Shown piece by piece: positions 1 to 13,425 of a stretch of DNA of 64,000 nucleotides. The notes under the pieces are model-generated. The model made no database searches, was not told where the DNA came from, and saw only the letters and a list, made by a program, of their open reading frames with translations. The translations under genes were made by a program, and so were the position numbers. The stretch is from Mobula hypostoma. Lineage: Eukaryota. How positions within the stretch are numbered: the first letter of the stretch is position 1; each line of letters starts with the position of its first letter. The stretch is taken from the NCBI RefSeq assembly GCF_963921235.1, contig NC_086097.1:107138001-107202000 (forward strand). Direction: 5' to 3'.

Positions 1-2798
1 CCCCCCTCAATCTCCTAAATTCCAGAGAGTATAAGCCGAGTCGATCCAGTCTTTCATCATATGAAAGTCCTGCCATCCCAGGAATCAATCTGGTGAACCT
101 TCTTTGTACACCCTGTATGGCAAGGATGTCTTTCCTCAGATTAGGGGACCAAAACTGCACACAATACTCCAGGTGTGGTCTCACCAAGGCCTTGTACAAC
201 TGCAGTAGTACCTCCCTGCTCCTGTACTCGAATCCTCTCGCTATAAATGCCAGCATACCATTCGCCTTCTTCACCGCCTGCTGTACCTGCATGCCCACTT
301 TCAATGACTGGTGTATAATGACACTCAGGTCTCGTTGCACCTCCCCTTTCCTAATCGGCCACAATTCAGATAATAATCTGTTTACCTGTTTTTGCCACCA
401 AAGTGGATAACCTCACATTTATCCACATTAAATTGCATCTGCCAAGAATTTGCCCACTCACCTAACCTATCCAAGTCACCCTGAATCCTCTTAGCATCCT
501 CCTCACAGCTAACACTGCCTCCCAACTTTGTGTCATCCGCAAACTTGCAGATGCTGCATTTAATTCCCTCATCTAAGTCATTAATATATATTGTAAACAA
601 CTGGGGTCCCAGCACTGAGCCTTGCGGTACCCCACTAGTCACCGCCTGCCATTCTGAAAAGGTCCCGTTTATTCCCACTCTTTGTTTCCTGTCTGCCAAC
701 CAATTTTCTATCCACATCAATACCTTATCCCCAAAACCGTATGCTTTAAGTTTGCACACTAATCTCCTGTGTGGGACCTTGTCAAAAGCCTTTTGAAAAT
801 CCAAATATACCACATCCACTGGTTCTCCCCTATCCACTCTACTAGTTACATCCTCAAAAAATTCTATGAGATTCATCAGACATGATTTTCCTTTCACAAA
901 TCCATGCTGACTTTGTCCGATGATTTCACCGCTTTCCAAATATGCTGTTATCACATCTTTGATAACTGACTCTAGCATTTACCCCACCACCGACGTTAGG
1001 CTAACCGTCTATAATTCCCCAGTTTCTCTCTCCGTCCTTTTTTAAAAAGTGGGGTTACATTAGCCACCCTCCAATCCTTAGGAACTAGTCCAGAATCTAA
1101 AGAGTTTTGAAAAATTATCACCAGTGCATCCACTATTTCTTGGGCTACTTCCTTAAACACTCTGGGATGCAGACCATCTGGCCCTGGGGATTTATTTGCC
1201 TTTAATCCCTTCAATTTACCTAACACCACCTCCCTACTAACATGTATTTCCCTCAGTTCCTCCATCACACTGGACCCTCTGTCCCCTACTATTTCCGGAA
1301 GATTATTTATGTCCTCCTTAGTGAAGACAGAACCAAAGTAGTTATTCAATTGGTCTGCCATGTCCTTGCTCCCCATAATCAATTCACCTGTTTCTGACTG
1401 TAGGGGACCTACTTTTGTGTTAACCAATCTTTTTCTTTTCACATATCTATAAAAGCTTTTACAGTCACTTTTTATGTTCCCTGCCAGTTTTCTCTCATAA
1501 TCTTTTTTCCTCTTCCTAATTAAGCCCTTTGTCCTCCTCTGCTGGACTCTGAATTTCTCCCAGTCCTCAGGTGAGCCCCTTTTTCCTGGCTAATTTGTAT
1601 GTTTCTTCTTTGGAATTGATACTATCCCTAAATTCCCTTGTCAGCCATAGGTGCACTACCTTCCTTGATTTATTCTTTTGCCAAACTGGAATGAATAATT
1701 GTTGTAGTTTATCCATGCAATCTTTAAATGCTTGCCATTGCATACCCACCATCAACCCTTTAAGTGTCATTTGCCAGTTTATCTTAGCTAATTCACGACT
1801 CATACCTTCAAATTTACCCTTCTATAAGTTCAGAATCTTTGTTTCTGAATTAACTATGTCACTCTCCATCTTAATGAAGAATTGCACCATATTATGGTCA
1901 CTCTTACCCAAGGGGCCTCTCATGACAAGATTGCTAATTAACCCTTCCTCATTGCTCAATACCCAGTCTAGAATAGCCTGCTCTCTAGTTGGTTCCTCGA
2001 CATGTTGGTTCAAAAAACCATCCCGCATACATTCCAAGAAATTCTCTTCCTCAGCGTCCTTACCAATTTGGTTCACCCAATCTATATGTAGATTGAAGTC
2101 ACCCATTATAACTGCTGTTCCTTTATTGCACGCATTTCTAATTTCCTGTTTAATACCATCCCCAACCTCACTACTACTGTTAGGTGGCCTGTACACAACT
2201 CCCACCAGTGTTTTCTGCCCCTTAATGTTATGCAGCTCTACCCATATCGATTCCACATCCTCCCGGCTAATGTCCTTCCTTTCTATTGCGTTAATCTCCT
2301 CTCTAACCAGCAATGCTACCCCACCTCCTTTTCGTTCATGTCTGTCCCTCCTGAATATTGAATATCCCTGAATGTTGAGCTCCATCCTTGGTCACCCTGG
2401 AGCCATGTCTCTGTGATCCCAACTATATCATATTCATTAATAACAATCTGCACTTTTAATTCATCCACCTTGTTACGAATGCTCCTTGCATTGACACACA
2501 AAGTCTTCAGGCTCGCATTTACAACACTCTTAGCCCTAATACAATTATGTTGAAAAGTGGCCCTTTTGGATTTTTGCCCTGGATTTGCCGGCCTGCCACT
2601 TTTACTTTTCACCTTACTACTTTTTGCTTCTACCCTCATTTTACACCCCTCTGTCTCTCTGCACTTGTTCCCATCCCCCTGTTGTGAACTAACCTCCTCT
2701 CTCCTAGTCTCTTTAATTTGATTCCCACCCCCCAACCATTCTTGTTTAAAATCACCTCAGTAGCCCTCGCAAATCTCCCCGCCAGGTTATTGGTCCCC
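1..2798 (-). mobile_element. CR1-clade LINE, lineage A (ORF1 C-terminal tip plus frameshifted APE-RT ORF2), runs off window start
   Basis: ORFs 2316-2735, 1822-2385, 996-1442 and 382-978 carry APE motifs (GITETW, VYRPP, GDFN, SDH) and RT motifs (YLDFQKAFD, GVPQGSVLGP, FADD). Confidence 0.95.
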
Positions 2799-2946
2799 CA
2801 TCACATCTATCTGGGTAAATCACACTTGACAAAGTGTAACAGGCAGAATACATAAGAGCAAACCGGTTTATCTCTATTTTGACTTTAGGAGGACCTGTGA
2901 TATAGTGCCATATAAGAGATTATTAAAGAATATAATGCTGTATATT

Positions 2947-3020
2947 GAATGTCGACTGTTTATTCCTTTTCGTAGATGCAGCCTGACCTGCTAAGTTCCT
3001 CCAGCATTGTGAATGTGTTA
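2947..3020 (+). repeat. Partial PLE pLTR (3' half of the hammerhead region and downstream)
   Basis: gtcgactgtt...agatgcagcctgacctgctaagttcctccagcatt matches the pLTR tails at 48817-48880 and 12590-12640(-). Confidence 0.6.
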
Positions 3021-3366
3021 CTCTGCCTGTGACTGTCTGTGTCTCCCTCTTGCTCGCTGCTGCCGGAGGAAGTCCCTGTGTTCAACTGGTCTCTCCCTCT
3101 CTCCCTTGATGCTGTCAGCGGATGGTGCCAGAGGCCTGGGTCTTGAACAAGGTTTAATTGATGCAGTTTGTGGATTCCACTCTGTAGTTCATGCTATGAT
3201 GTGTTTCTGGTTTTTAGTTGCTCCTTTTTTTTGTTGCTATTTTAGGTGATTTTGATCGGGGAAGCCTGCAGATATGATGAACGACAGCGCTAGATTGAAC
3301 TGAAGTTAGCTGAACTGAATATGCCTGGACTCAGTTAAACATTGATAATAAATGTATTTTGAATCT

Positions 3367-4560
3367 TAGAAACATAGAAACATAGAAAAATAGGTGCAGG
3401 AGTAGGCCATTCGGCCCTTCAAGCCTGCACCGCCATTTATTATGATCATGGCTGATCATCCAACTCAGAACCCCGCCCCAGCCTTTCCTCCATACCCCCT
3501 GATCCCCGTAGCCACAAGGGCCATATCTAACTCCCTCTTAAGTATAGGCAATGAACTGGCCTCAACTGTTTCCTGTGGCAGAGAATTCCACAGATTCACC
3601 ACTCTCTGTGTGAAGAAGTTTTTCCTAATCTCAGTCCTAAAAGGCTTCCCCTTTATCCCTATGACCTAAGATTCTGTGACCCCTTGTTCTGGACTTCCCC
3701 AACATCGGGAACAATCTTCCTGCATCTAGCCTGTCCAATCCCTTTAGGATTTTATACGTTTCAATCAGATTCCCCCTCAATCTTCTAAATTCCAACGAGT
3801 ACAAGCCCAGTTCATCCAGTGTTTCTTCATATGAAAGTCCTGCCATCCCAGGAATCAATCTGGTGAACCTTCTTTGTACTCCCTCTATGGCAAGAATGTC
3901 ATTCCTCAGATTAGGGGACCAAAACTGCACACAATACTCCAGGTGTGGTCTCACCAAGGCCTTGTACAACTGCAGTAGTACCTCCCTGCTCCTGTACTCG
4001 AATCCTCTCGCTATAAATGCCAGCATACCATTCGCCTTCTTCACCGCCTGCTGTACCTGCATGCCCACTTTCAATGACTGGTGTATAATGACACCCAGGT
4101 CTCGTTGCACCTCCCCTTTTCCTAATCGGCCACCATTCAGATAATAATCTGTTTTCCTATTTTTGCCACCAAAGTGGATAACTTCACACTTATCCACATT
4201 AAATTGCATCTGCCATGAATTTGCCCACTCACCCAACCTATCCAAGTCACTCTGCATCCTCTTAGCATTCTCCTCACAGCTAACACTGCCACCCAGCTTC
4301 GTGTCATCCGCAAACTTGGAGATGCTGCATTTAATTCCCTCGTCTAAGTCATTAATATATATTGTAAACAACTGGGGTCCCAGCACTGAGCCTTGCGGTA
4401 CCCCACCAGTCACCGCTTGCCATTCTGAAAAGGTCCCGTTTATTCCCACTCTTTGCTTCCTGTCTGCCAACCAATTCTCTATCCACATCAATACCTTACC
4501 CCCAATACCGTGTGCTTTAAGTTTGCACACTAATCTCCTGTGTGGGACCTTGTCAAAATC
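3367..4560 (-). mobile_element. 5'-truncated CR1 LINE, lineage A, with 3' hairpin and (TTTCTATG)n tail
   Basis: ORF 3637-4530 is RT C-terminus; aaacatagaaacatag tail at 3369-3386; near-identical to 57490-58657. Confidence 0.95.
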
Positions 4561-5149
4561 TTGAAGAAATAAATAAATGGATCCCTTTCTGGTTGAAGGG
4601 CTGTGAGTAGTGGTGTGTCAAGGGGATCACTGCTGCAGCCTCAGAGGTTCATAATCTATCGTAATGACTTGAAGGCAGGGCAGGGGGAGAGGTGTGGAAT
4701 CACAAGTAATATATCCAATTTTATAGATGATACCAAACACCCAGTGTTTTGGTGTGGGTGGTGGTGACATGATAGAGGCCACAGGAGACTCCCTTACTAG
4801 AACACGTACTCACAAATTGCAGGTTTCTAGCAAAGACCATCAAGATTTTTGGCCGAGGACTGTAGATCATCTGTTGAGGTGAACGTACATTTCCAGATGT
4901 TCAAAAGAAGTCTCAAAGCACCAAACACCATTGAAAGCTCTGCAAATCTGACAAGTGCCTGTGCAGGTGCTGCTGTTCTGTTGGAGACCTTGGAGTATAT
5001 TTGACTTTCCAAGTTCCCATGCTCCTCAAACATCCCTGGGTCTGCAATGGTGCTATAACAACTGAAGTGTTGTCTGGAAAGGCTGCTTTTAATTCGATTT
5101 AAATGGGAAACAGTTCCTTGAACAACTCTTGTCAGTATTACTTCCTGGA

Positions 5150-6135
5150 ACCATGAATTCCCCTCCATCATTGTTAACAAAACCCTTGAGAGCATCTTAT
5201 CCAATTCTAAGGATAGAGCTCTCCTAGTCCTCACCTTCCACCCAACTGGCTTCCACATTCAATAGATCATTTTCCGCAAGTTTGTTCACCTCCAAAGGGA
5301 TTCCACCACTTGGTATATCTTCCCCTGTCCTCCACTTACATCATTTCACAGGGACCATTCCCTTTGTAATTCCCTAGAATTTTCTTCTGTTACAACCAGC
5401 CACCCCTATCTGATGGCAATTTCCCTTGTACTTCTTCACCTCTTTCCTTCCCACCAAACAGGAGCACAGACAATCTTTCAAGGTGAAGCAGTGAATCACT
5501 TGCACCTCTTTCAACCTAGTGTACAACATTCAGTGTTCACAATGTGGTCTTCTCTGGACCAGACAAGCCAAATACAGATTGTGTGAGCATCTTGGAGGAC
5601 AGCTGCTTTCAGGCAACAGCACCCTTTCTACTTTAATTCTCCACTGCACCTTCATTCTGTGACCTCCTGTGCTGCTACAAAGAACCCAATGCAAGCTTCA
5701 AGGACCAGCACCTCATCTTCAGTCTGAATACATGCCCCTTTCTGGACTTCAGGTAACTTGATTTATCTGTCTTTTTTAGTCAATCAAGTGCTATTGATTC
5801 AGCTTCTTACTTTTCCTTTCTTTCTCCAGTAGTAGAAGACATGCCCAGCATAATCTTCTGGGCACACCTGCCTGCTCTGTATCTTGCAACTCCTATGTTT
5901 TCTTTGATCTCAGTTCTTTTGTCCATGTTTTCATTCTGTTATTGCTCCCATTCACTCATTCACCGAGTACTTTGTTTACAGTTTATCACCATGGTCACTT
6001 GATTTTATCCTATCAGAGACATCTGCCCTCCATGCAGCTAACAAGCTTCCTTTCAGTCCACAATTCTGAAGAAGGTTCTTTGACCTGAAACACTAACTCT
6101 GTTTCTCTTCCTACAAATGCAGACCAAACTGTTGA
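5150..6135 (+). mobile_element. Old degenerate Penelope-like element (linker/GIY-YIG region, 3' UTR, decayed hammerhead)
   Basis: Decayed homology to the PLEs at 22862-23866 (ctcaccttccaccc, ttcaaggtgaagcag, cacctcatcttc); ctgaagaagg...ctgaaac at 6066-6091. Confidence 0.7.
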
Positions 6136-6139
6136 CCAT

Positions 6140-6530
6140 TTGAAACTATGAAGGATCTTGAGTTGAGAAGACGATATAAAGAGGCTTTAGAGAACATAGA
6201 CAAGCTAAGTTTGTGTTGAGAATGTGGCAGATGGAACATAATAATGAAAAATGTGAGGTCATACACTTTGCTGTGCAAAATAGAAAAGCATTTTTAATCA
6301 AAGGTGATAAATTTTAAAATATTAGTATTCAGAGATACCTAGGTGTCCTTCCACACAAGTCACTAAATGTGTAGCAAGCAATTAGTAAGGCAAATTAGTC
6401 TTTATCAACAAGAAAATTTCAGTGCGGGAGTAATGATGTCCTTCTGTATTTGTATACAGCCTTGGTGAGATGACAGCTAGAAAATCATGTACAGTTTTGG
6501 CTTCCTTACCCAAAAGAGGACATTAATGGA
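6140..6530 (+). mobile_element. Old CR1 RT fragment
   Basis: tggcagatggaa...aaatgtgaggtcatacactttg and ccttggtgaga resemble CR1 WQM..CEVIHF..LVR. Confidence 0.6.
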
Positions 6531-6534
6531 GAAC

Positions 6535-7040
6535 ATAAAAACAAAAGATTTGGCGGATGCTAGAAGTCCTGAGAAACACGCATAAAATGTTTGAGGAACT
6601 CCGCAAGTCAGGCAGCACCTATTAGTTGAATGAACAGTCAATGTTTCAGACCAAGACCTTTCATGAAGACTGGAGAGGAAGGGGGCAGAGGCCAGAATAA
6701 GAGGTGAGGGGAGGGAAAGGAGTACAAGTTGGCAGGTGATAAGTGAGACTAGATGAGGGGAAAGGTGAGTGGTTGGGGAAGGCAAAATGAAACAAGAAGT
6801 TGAGAAGGGATAGGTAGAAGAGGTGAAGGGCTGAGGAAGAAGGAATCTAATGGAAGAGGGCAGTCTACTATGGAAAAAGTAGAAAGAGGAGAGGAAACAG
6901 GGAGGTGAGGGGCAGGGGAAGAAATTTAGAAGCAGTGAGAGGATAATCAGAATGAGGAATGGAAAAATAGAGAAGGGGAGGAGAAATTACTGGAAGGTAG
7001 AGAAACTGATACTCATGCCATCTGGTTGGAGGCTACCCAG
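6535..7040 (-). mobile_element. PLE 3' portion (endonuclease C-terminus, pyrimidine-rich UTR, pLTR with mutated hammerhead)
   Basis: Collinear with 12538-12970; hammerhead remnant at 6635-6672. Confidence 0.8.
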
Positions 7041-8410
7041 GCTAAAGTCACCTGGACCAGATGGACTAAACCCAAGAGTTCTGAAAGAGGTAGCTGAAGA
7101 GATTGTAGAAGCAATGGTAGTAATCTTTCATGAATCACTACATTCTGGAATGCTTCTGAAGGACTGTAAAATCACAAATGTCACTCTACTCTTTAAGAAG
7201 GGAGGGAAGAAAATTACAGGAAATTATAGGCCAGTTAGCCTGACTTCAGTGATTGATAAGATGTTGGAGTCCATTATTAAAGACAAAGTTTTGAGGCACA
7301 TGATAATATAGGCAAACGTTGATATGATTTCCTTAAGGGGAAATCTTGCCTGACAAATCTGTGGGAATTCATTGAGGAAGTAACAGGCAGGATAGACAAA
7401 GGAGAGTCAGCAGATGTTGTTTTCTTGGATTTTTCAGAAGGCTTTTGACAAGGTGCAGCAGATGAGGCGGCTAAACAAGATAAGACCCCATGCTATTAAA
7501 GGAAAGATGCTAACATGCATAGAACATTGGCTGACTGGCAGAAGGCATAGAGTGGGAATAAAGAGGACCTTTTCTGGTTGGTTGCAGTAGCTAGTTGTGC
7601 TCTGTAAGAGTCGGTGTTGGGTCCCCTACTTATCACATTATATGTTAATGATCAGTGACAGAATTATTGGCCTTGTAGACATGTTTGCAGATGATACAAA
7701 GATGGATGGAGGAGCAAGAAGTGTTAAGGAAGTAGGGAGTTTTTAAAGGACGTGGACAGATTAGGATAATAGGGGAAAAAGTGGTAGGTGAAATACAGAG
7801 TAGGGAAGTGTACAAAAAAGTCATGCGCTTTGGTAGAAGGCATAAAGGTGTGTAGTGTGTTCTAAATGGGGATCAAATTCATAAATCAGAAGTGCAAAGG
7901 GACATGGGAGTCTTCATGTGGGATTCTCTAAAGGTTAACTTGCAAGTTGAGTTAGAGGTATGGAAGGCAAATGTAATGTTAGTATTAATTTCCCAAGAAA
8001 TGAAAAATTAAAAAAACAGGATGTAATGCTGAGACTTTATAAGGCTTTGGTTAGACTGCATTTAGGGCATTGTGAGCAGTTTTGGTCACAATATTGAAAA
8101 AATGAAGGACTGGCATTGGGGAGGGTCCAGAGAAGGTTTAAGAGAATAATCCTGGAAATGAAAGGATTAACCCATCAGATGCATTTGCTGGATTTGGCCT
8201 GTACTTGCTGGAGTTTAGAAGAATGGTGGGGGGGGGGGTAAGGGGGAGGATCTCATTGAAACCTACTAAATATTGAAAAGCCTAGTTAGTGTGGATGTAG
8301 AAAGGATGGGTCCAGTAGTAGGGAGAGTCTGGGACCAGGCGGCACAGACTCAGATTACAAGAATGTCCCATTAGAACAAAGATGAGGAAAAAATTCTTTA
8401 GCCAGAGTTT
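7041..8410 (+). mobile_element. Degenerate CR1 ORF2 (RT)
   Basis: KSPGPDG...NYRPVSLTSV in ORF 6952-7311; continues with stops and frameshifts. Confidence 0.9.
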
Positions 8411-9715
8411 ACTGGCATGGATTGAGGAATGGCTGACAGGCAAGAGGCAGTGAGTGGGAATAAAAGGGGTCTTTTCTGGTTGGCTGCCAGTGTCCAGTGG
8501 TGTTCCTCTGGGGTAAGAATTGGACCTACAACTTTTCATATTTTTTTCAATGATTTGGATAAGGAATTGATGGTTTTCTGGCAAAGTTTGTGGATGATAT
8601 GAAGAAAGGTGGAAGGGTAGTTAGTGCTGAGGAAGTAATGCAATTGCAAGAGGACTTAGACAAATTGGAAGAATGAGCAAAAAGTGGCAGATGGAATGCA
8701 GTGTTGGAAAAGTAGGATAATGCATTTTGGTAAAAGGAACAACACTGTGGACTATTATCTAACTGGGGAGAAGGTTCATCAGAGGTGCAGGGGGACTGAG
8801 GAGTATGTGTGCAAGACTCACAGCAAGTTAATTTACAGGTTGAGTCTGTGGTAAAGAAGGCACTTGTTTCAAGGGGAATAGAATGTAAAAGCAAGGAGAT
8901 AATGCTGAGCCTTTATAAGACACTAGTCAGGCTGTACTTGGAGTATTGTCAACACTTTTGGGCCCCATATCTCAGAAAGGATGTGTTCTCAGTGAAGAGA
9001 GTCCAGGGGAGGTACATGAGGATGATTCCAGGAATGAAGGGGGTTAACATACGAGGAGAGTTTGGCAGCTTTGGGCCTGTACTCACTGGAATTTAGAAGA
9101 ATGCGGGGATCTCATTGAAACCTACCAAATATTAATATGAATAGAGAGGGTGGATATGGAGTGGATATTTCCTTTGGTGGGGGTATCCATAATTAGAGGG
9201 CACAACCTCAAAATTGAGGGATGACCTTTTAGAACAGAGATAAGGAGGAATTTTATTAGCCAGAGAGTGGTGAATCTATGGAATGCTCTGCTACAGACAT
9301 TGGTGGAGGCCAAGTCTGTGCGTATATTTAAGGTGGAAGTTGATAGTTTCCTGGTAAGTCAGGGCATCAAAGGATACGGCGAGAAGGTAGGTATATGAGG
9401 GATCCGAGAGGGATCTGGGATCAGCCATGATGGAATGGTGGAGCATATTCAATGCCTACTGAATACTCAAATGGCCTAATTCTGCTCCTATGTCTTATGG
9501 CCTTATGGCAAATTTGTGGAATTTATTGGCCACAGTCATGGGGTATATTTAAAGCAGAAGTAATATGTTTTTGTTCAGTAAGGGTGTCAAGGTTATGGGG
9601 AGAAGACAGGCGAAAGGTATTGAGAGGGAAAATAAATCAGTCATAATCAAGTGGCAGAGCAGACTCAAAGAGCTGAATGGCCTAATTCTGCTCCTCTGTT
9701 TTATGGTCTTACGGT
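8410..9715 (+). mobile_element. Second degenerate CR1 RT/3' end plus an additional CR1 3' tail
   Basis: LYKTLVRLYLEYC motif; two tails aatggcctaattctgctcc at about 9471 and 9676. Confidence 0.85.
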
Positions 9716-9879
9716 CTAAAATGTGGTATTGCTCCTTCATCCTAAATTTGGCCTCATCATGGCAGTAAAGGAGGCCATAGACAGATATGTCATTATGGGA
9801 ATGGGAAGTCCCATGGGAAGTCGAAACAGGTAGCTACTAGAAGATCTTGCTTTTGACTCATTCACTAGGTAACTCTGTT

Positions 9880-10306
9880 TAGATTAGATTATGAGGACAC
9901 TCAGTCCTCATTTATTGTCATTTAGAAATGCATGCATGCATTAAGAAATGATACAATGTTCCTCCAGAGTGATATCACAAAAAAAAGGACAAACCAAAGA
10001 CTAACACTGACAAGACCACGTAATTATAATATACAGTTACAGCAGTGCAAAGCAATACCAGAATTTGATAAAGAGCAGACCATGGGAACGGTAAAAAAAA
10101 GTCTCAAAGTTTCAATCGACTCCCGATAGTCCCCAATAGCAGGCGGCAGAAGGGAGAAACTCTCTCTGCCATAAACCTCCAGGCACCGACAACTGTCGAC
10201 GCATTGGAAGCACCTGACCATAGCCAACTCTGAGTCCGTCCGAAAACTTCGAGACTCCGACTAGCCCTTCGACACTGAGCACCGAGCACTATCTCTGCCG
10301 AGCGCT
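9880..10306 (-). mobile_element. 5'-truncated non-coding retroposon with (AATCT)n tail, same family as 61343-62018
   Basis: Reverse complement matches about 61590-62018; it interrupts an old PLE 3' UTR homologous to 5950-6130. Confidence 0.85.
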
Positions 10307-10309
10307 GAG

Positions 10310-10460
10310 TTCACAGCTTATCACCAGGGTCATCCTGATTTTATCCTGTCAAAGTCACCCACACTCCCTGCAGGTAACAAGCTTCCTTTCTCTGCACAGT
10401 TCTGATGAAGGGACTTTGACTGGAAGTATCAACTTGGTTTCTCTTCCCACAGATGCATCT
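10310..10460 (+). repeat. Old PLE 3' UTR/pLTR with decayed hammerhead (10398-10434)
   Basis: agtt-CTGATGA-agggactttgact-ggaagtatc-aact; collinear with 5975-6130. Confidence 0.65.
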
Positions 10461-12054
10461 TCTTCCCAACTCAAGATAGCACAATGCAGATTCACTAGAC
10501 CGGTTTATAGGTTACTGCATGAAGAGAGATAGTGAAGTCTATGCCTGTATTCCCTAAAGTTTATGGGAATAAGATAAGTTCTCACTGAAACTTAAAAAGC
10601 ACTTACAGGTCTTGGCACAGATAAAGGCAAGATTGTAGAACCAGGGGTCTCACAATGGGGCTGGGCATAGAGGATTCAAATGAGGAGAACTTCCTTCACA
10701 TAGTGGATGGTGAATCTTTAGAATTCTTACCCCAGAAGCTCAGTCATTGAGTTCATTCAAAATGGAGAATGATAGAGTTCTGAATGTTAAAGGTTTCAAG
10801 GGATGTGGGAATAATGCAGGAAAATGGAGTTGAGATACAAGATCAGCCATTTTCTTGACGAATAGTGACACAGGCCTGAAGGGACAGATGGCCTACTCCT
10901 GCTTCACGTTGCTGCTTTCTTGTTTTCTTATATCGCTGTCATACTACAAAAATATAGCCATCCGTTTATTCATGTCCAGCAGAGTAACGTTAGGTTAAAA
11001 GGAATAGCTTAGAGTCCAAGTTTTAGTCACAGTATTTCCGTATGTCCCTAGGAACTTCTAACACTTCATTATGTGAAAATGCCATATAAAGTGATCCTTC
11101 TAGTTAATTACCAGCATTGGCGCAAACTGATTATTTCTGTTTCTTCAATGTATTTTTAACATATGGCATTGCTATACGCTGGAGTCAAATCAACATAGCA
11201 CAAGATTTGTTGTGATGATCTGCTTACTCTGCACACTTTTGGAACTCCTCAGCTGCAACTAATGTGTCAAATGTCACAAATTACAATTAACTTGTCCAGG
11301 TACATGCCATGCAAAAAATTAAAGTGAAATTGTATTCATAGCATCAAAACTAGACTTGTCAGGACCTAATTTCATGACAAAATGATGGAAAAAATTAAAT
11401 GTATAGATTTGATAGAGGCAAATTCTGATTCTCTAACTGTATTTACATTTGATGAGGTAATGAGAGTTAAAATAACGTGGCCAATATTGTATACTTAGGT
11501 TTTCAGAAGTCATTTAATAGGGAATAAATAAAAGAGGTTGGACAACCTACAGTTGCTTTTTCTGGAGTTGTCGAGGCTGAGAGGTTATAGAGACTTGATA
11601 GAAGTATATAAAAGTATGAGAGGCACAGATAGAGTAGATAGTTGGTATCTTTTTCTCAGGGATGAATATCTATTATTGGAGGGCATGCACTTAAGCTGAA
11701 AGGGATAAGTTCAAACGAGATGTGTAGGGTAGGTTTTTTTTTACACAGGGTATCTTTTTTTTACACAGAGTGGTGGGTGCCTGGAATGTGCTGCCAAGGG
11801 TAATGGTGGAGGCAGATACAGCAGAAACTTTATAAAGGCACATTAAAAAGCTGTTCCTGTGCTCTACGGTTCTATGTCCTATATTCTACTTTTGGATGCA
11901 GGTTAGCAGAACAGAAGCCCAGAAAGTAAAAGGAGCAGTGGCAGCTTCAATAAAAAGTTGGCTAAGAGATAAAAAGCTAAGGGGAAGCATTAGGATCACT
12001 TCTCTTCTTGATATCTATAACGATTTTAACTTGGCAATGTAGCATATAAATGCA

Positions 12055-12535
12055 AAGTCAGAATCAAGATTATCATCACTGACATGTGTTGTGAAATTTG
12101 TTGCTTTTATGTGGCAGTAATAGAGTGCAATATATAAAAACTTCATAAAGGTTACTATAAATTATAATGAGATTCTTTTTATGGACCATTCAGAAATTTG
12201 AATAGTGGAGGAGAAGAAGCTATTCTTAAAACATTAGATGTGGGTATTCAGGCATCTGTATCTATTCCCTGATGGTAGTAATACGAAGATGGCAAAGGTC
12301 TTTAATGATGGATGCTGCCATCCAGAGGCACTACCCATTGAAGATGTCCTCAATGACATGGATTGCTGTGCCCATAATGGAACTGACTAAGTCTACAGCC
12401 CTCTGTAGCCTCTTACAATCCTGTGCATTGAAGGTCTCATAGTGAATCAACTAGTCAGAATGTTCTCCACTCTACATCTATAGAAATTTGCTAGTCATTG
12501 GTGGCATTCTCAAACTCCTAATGAAGTATAGCTGT
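12055..12535 (-). mobile_element. Rex1/Babar-like 3' fragment
   Basis: Reverse complement resembles the RT C-terminus/3' UTR at 34670-35130 and 49990-50440. Confidence 0.6.
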
Positions 12536-12630
12536 CGGTAACACAAAATATTCTGCAGATGCTGGGGTCAAAGCAACACACACAACATGCTGGAGGAACT
12601 CAGCAGGTCGGGCAGCATCTGTGGAATGAA

Positions 12631-12668
12631 CAGTCAACGTTTCGGGCCAAGACCCTTCATCAGGACTG
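12631..12668 (-). ncRNA. Minimal type I hammerhead ribozyme motif, intact core
   Basis: Minus strand CAGTC-CTGATGA-A-GGGT(CTTG)GCCC-GAAAC-GTT-GACTG: 5-bp stem I, stem II, palindromic AACGTT in place of stem III, GUU triplet. Confidence 0.85.
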
Positions 12669-13228
12669 AAGAGGGAGGGGGCAGGAGCCCTATAAAGAAG
12701 GTAGGAGGAGGGTGGGAAGGAGAAGGCTGGTAGGTGCCAGGTGAAAAACCAGTAAGGGGAAAGATCAAGGGGTGGGGGAGGGGAAGCAGGGAGGTGATAG
12801 GCAGGAAAGGAGAAGAAGGAATAGGGGAAAGCACAATGGGTAGTAAGAGGTGGAACCATGAGGGAGGTGATAGGCAGAGTGAAACTGGGATGGAGGAAGG
12901 GAGGGGGAGGGAATTACTGGAAGTTGGAGAATTCAATGTTCATGCCAAGGGGCTGGAGAATACCCGGATGGTATATGAGGTGTTGCTCCTCCAACCTGAG
13001 TTTGGCCTCATCATGGCAGTAGAGGCTCATGTATGGACATATTCGAATGGGAATGTGAAGCAGAGTTGAAGTGGGTGGCAACCAGGAGATCCTGTCTGTT
13101 GTGGTGGACGGAGCGGAGGTGCTTGATGAAGCGGTCCCCCAATCTGCGTTGGGTTTCACCGATGTAGAGGAGGCCGCACTGGGAGCACCAGATGCAATAG
13201 ATGACCCCCACAGACTCACAAATGAAGT

Positions 13229-13425
13229 TGCTGGTGAACGCAGCAGGCCAGGCAGCATCTATAGGAAGAGGCGCAGTCGACGTTTCAGGCCGAGATCCTG
13301 ACGAAGGGTCTCGGCCTGAAACGTCGACTGTGCCTCTTCCTAGAGATGCTGCCTGGCCTGCTGCGTTCACCAGCAACTTTGATGTGTGTTGCTTGAATTT
13401 CCAGCATCTGCAGAATTCCTGTTGT
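13229..13425. mobile_element. Miniature fold-back PLE pLTR insertion with 13-bp TSD
   Basis: 74-bp inverted arms 13225-13298 and 13306-13379; TSD tcacaa(a/g)tgaagt at 13216-13228 and 13426-13438. Confidence 0.9.

Noticed and set aside
1571..2371. Long antisense ORFs over CR1/Hero copies (also 43604-44164, 45374-45985, 52405-53088, 55909-56682)
   Set aside because: Shadow frames of retroelement ORFs with no independent protein motifs.
4820..5150. Possible host exon in ORF 4827-5258(-)
   Set aside because: No recognisable protein or consistent splice pair; part of the ORF is antisense PLE.
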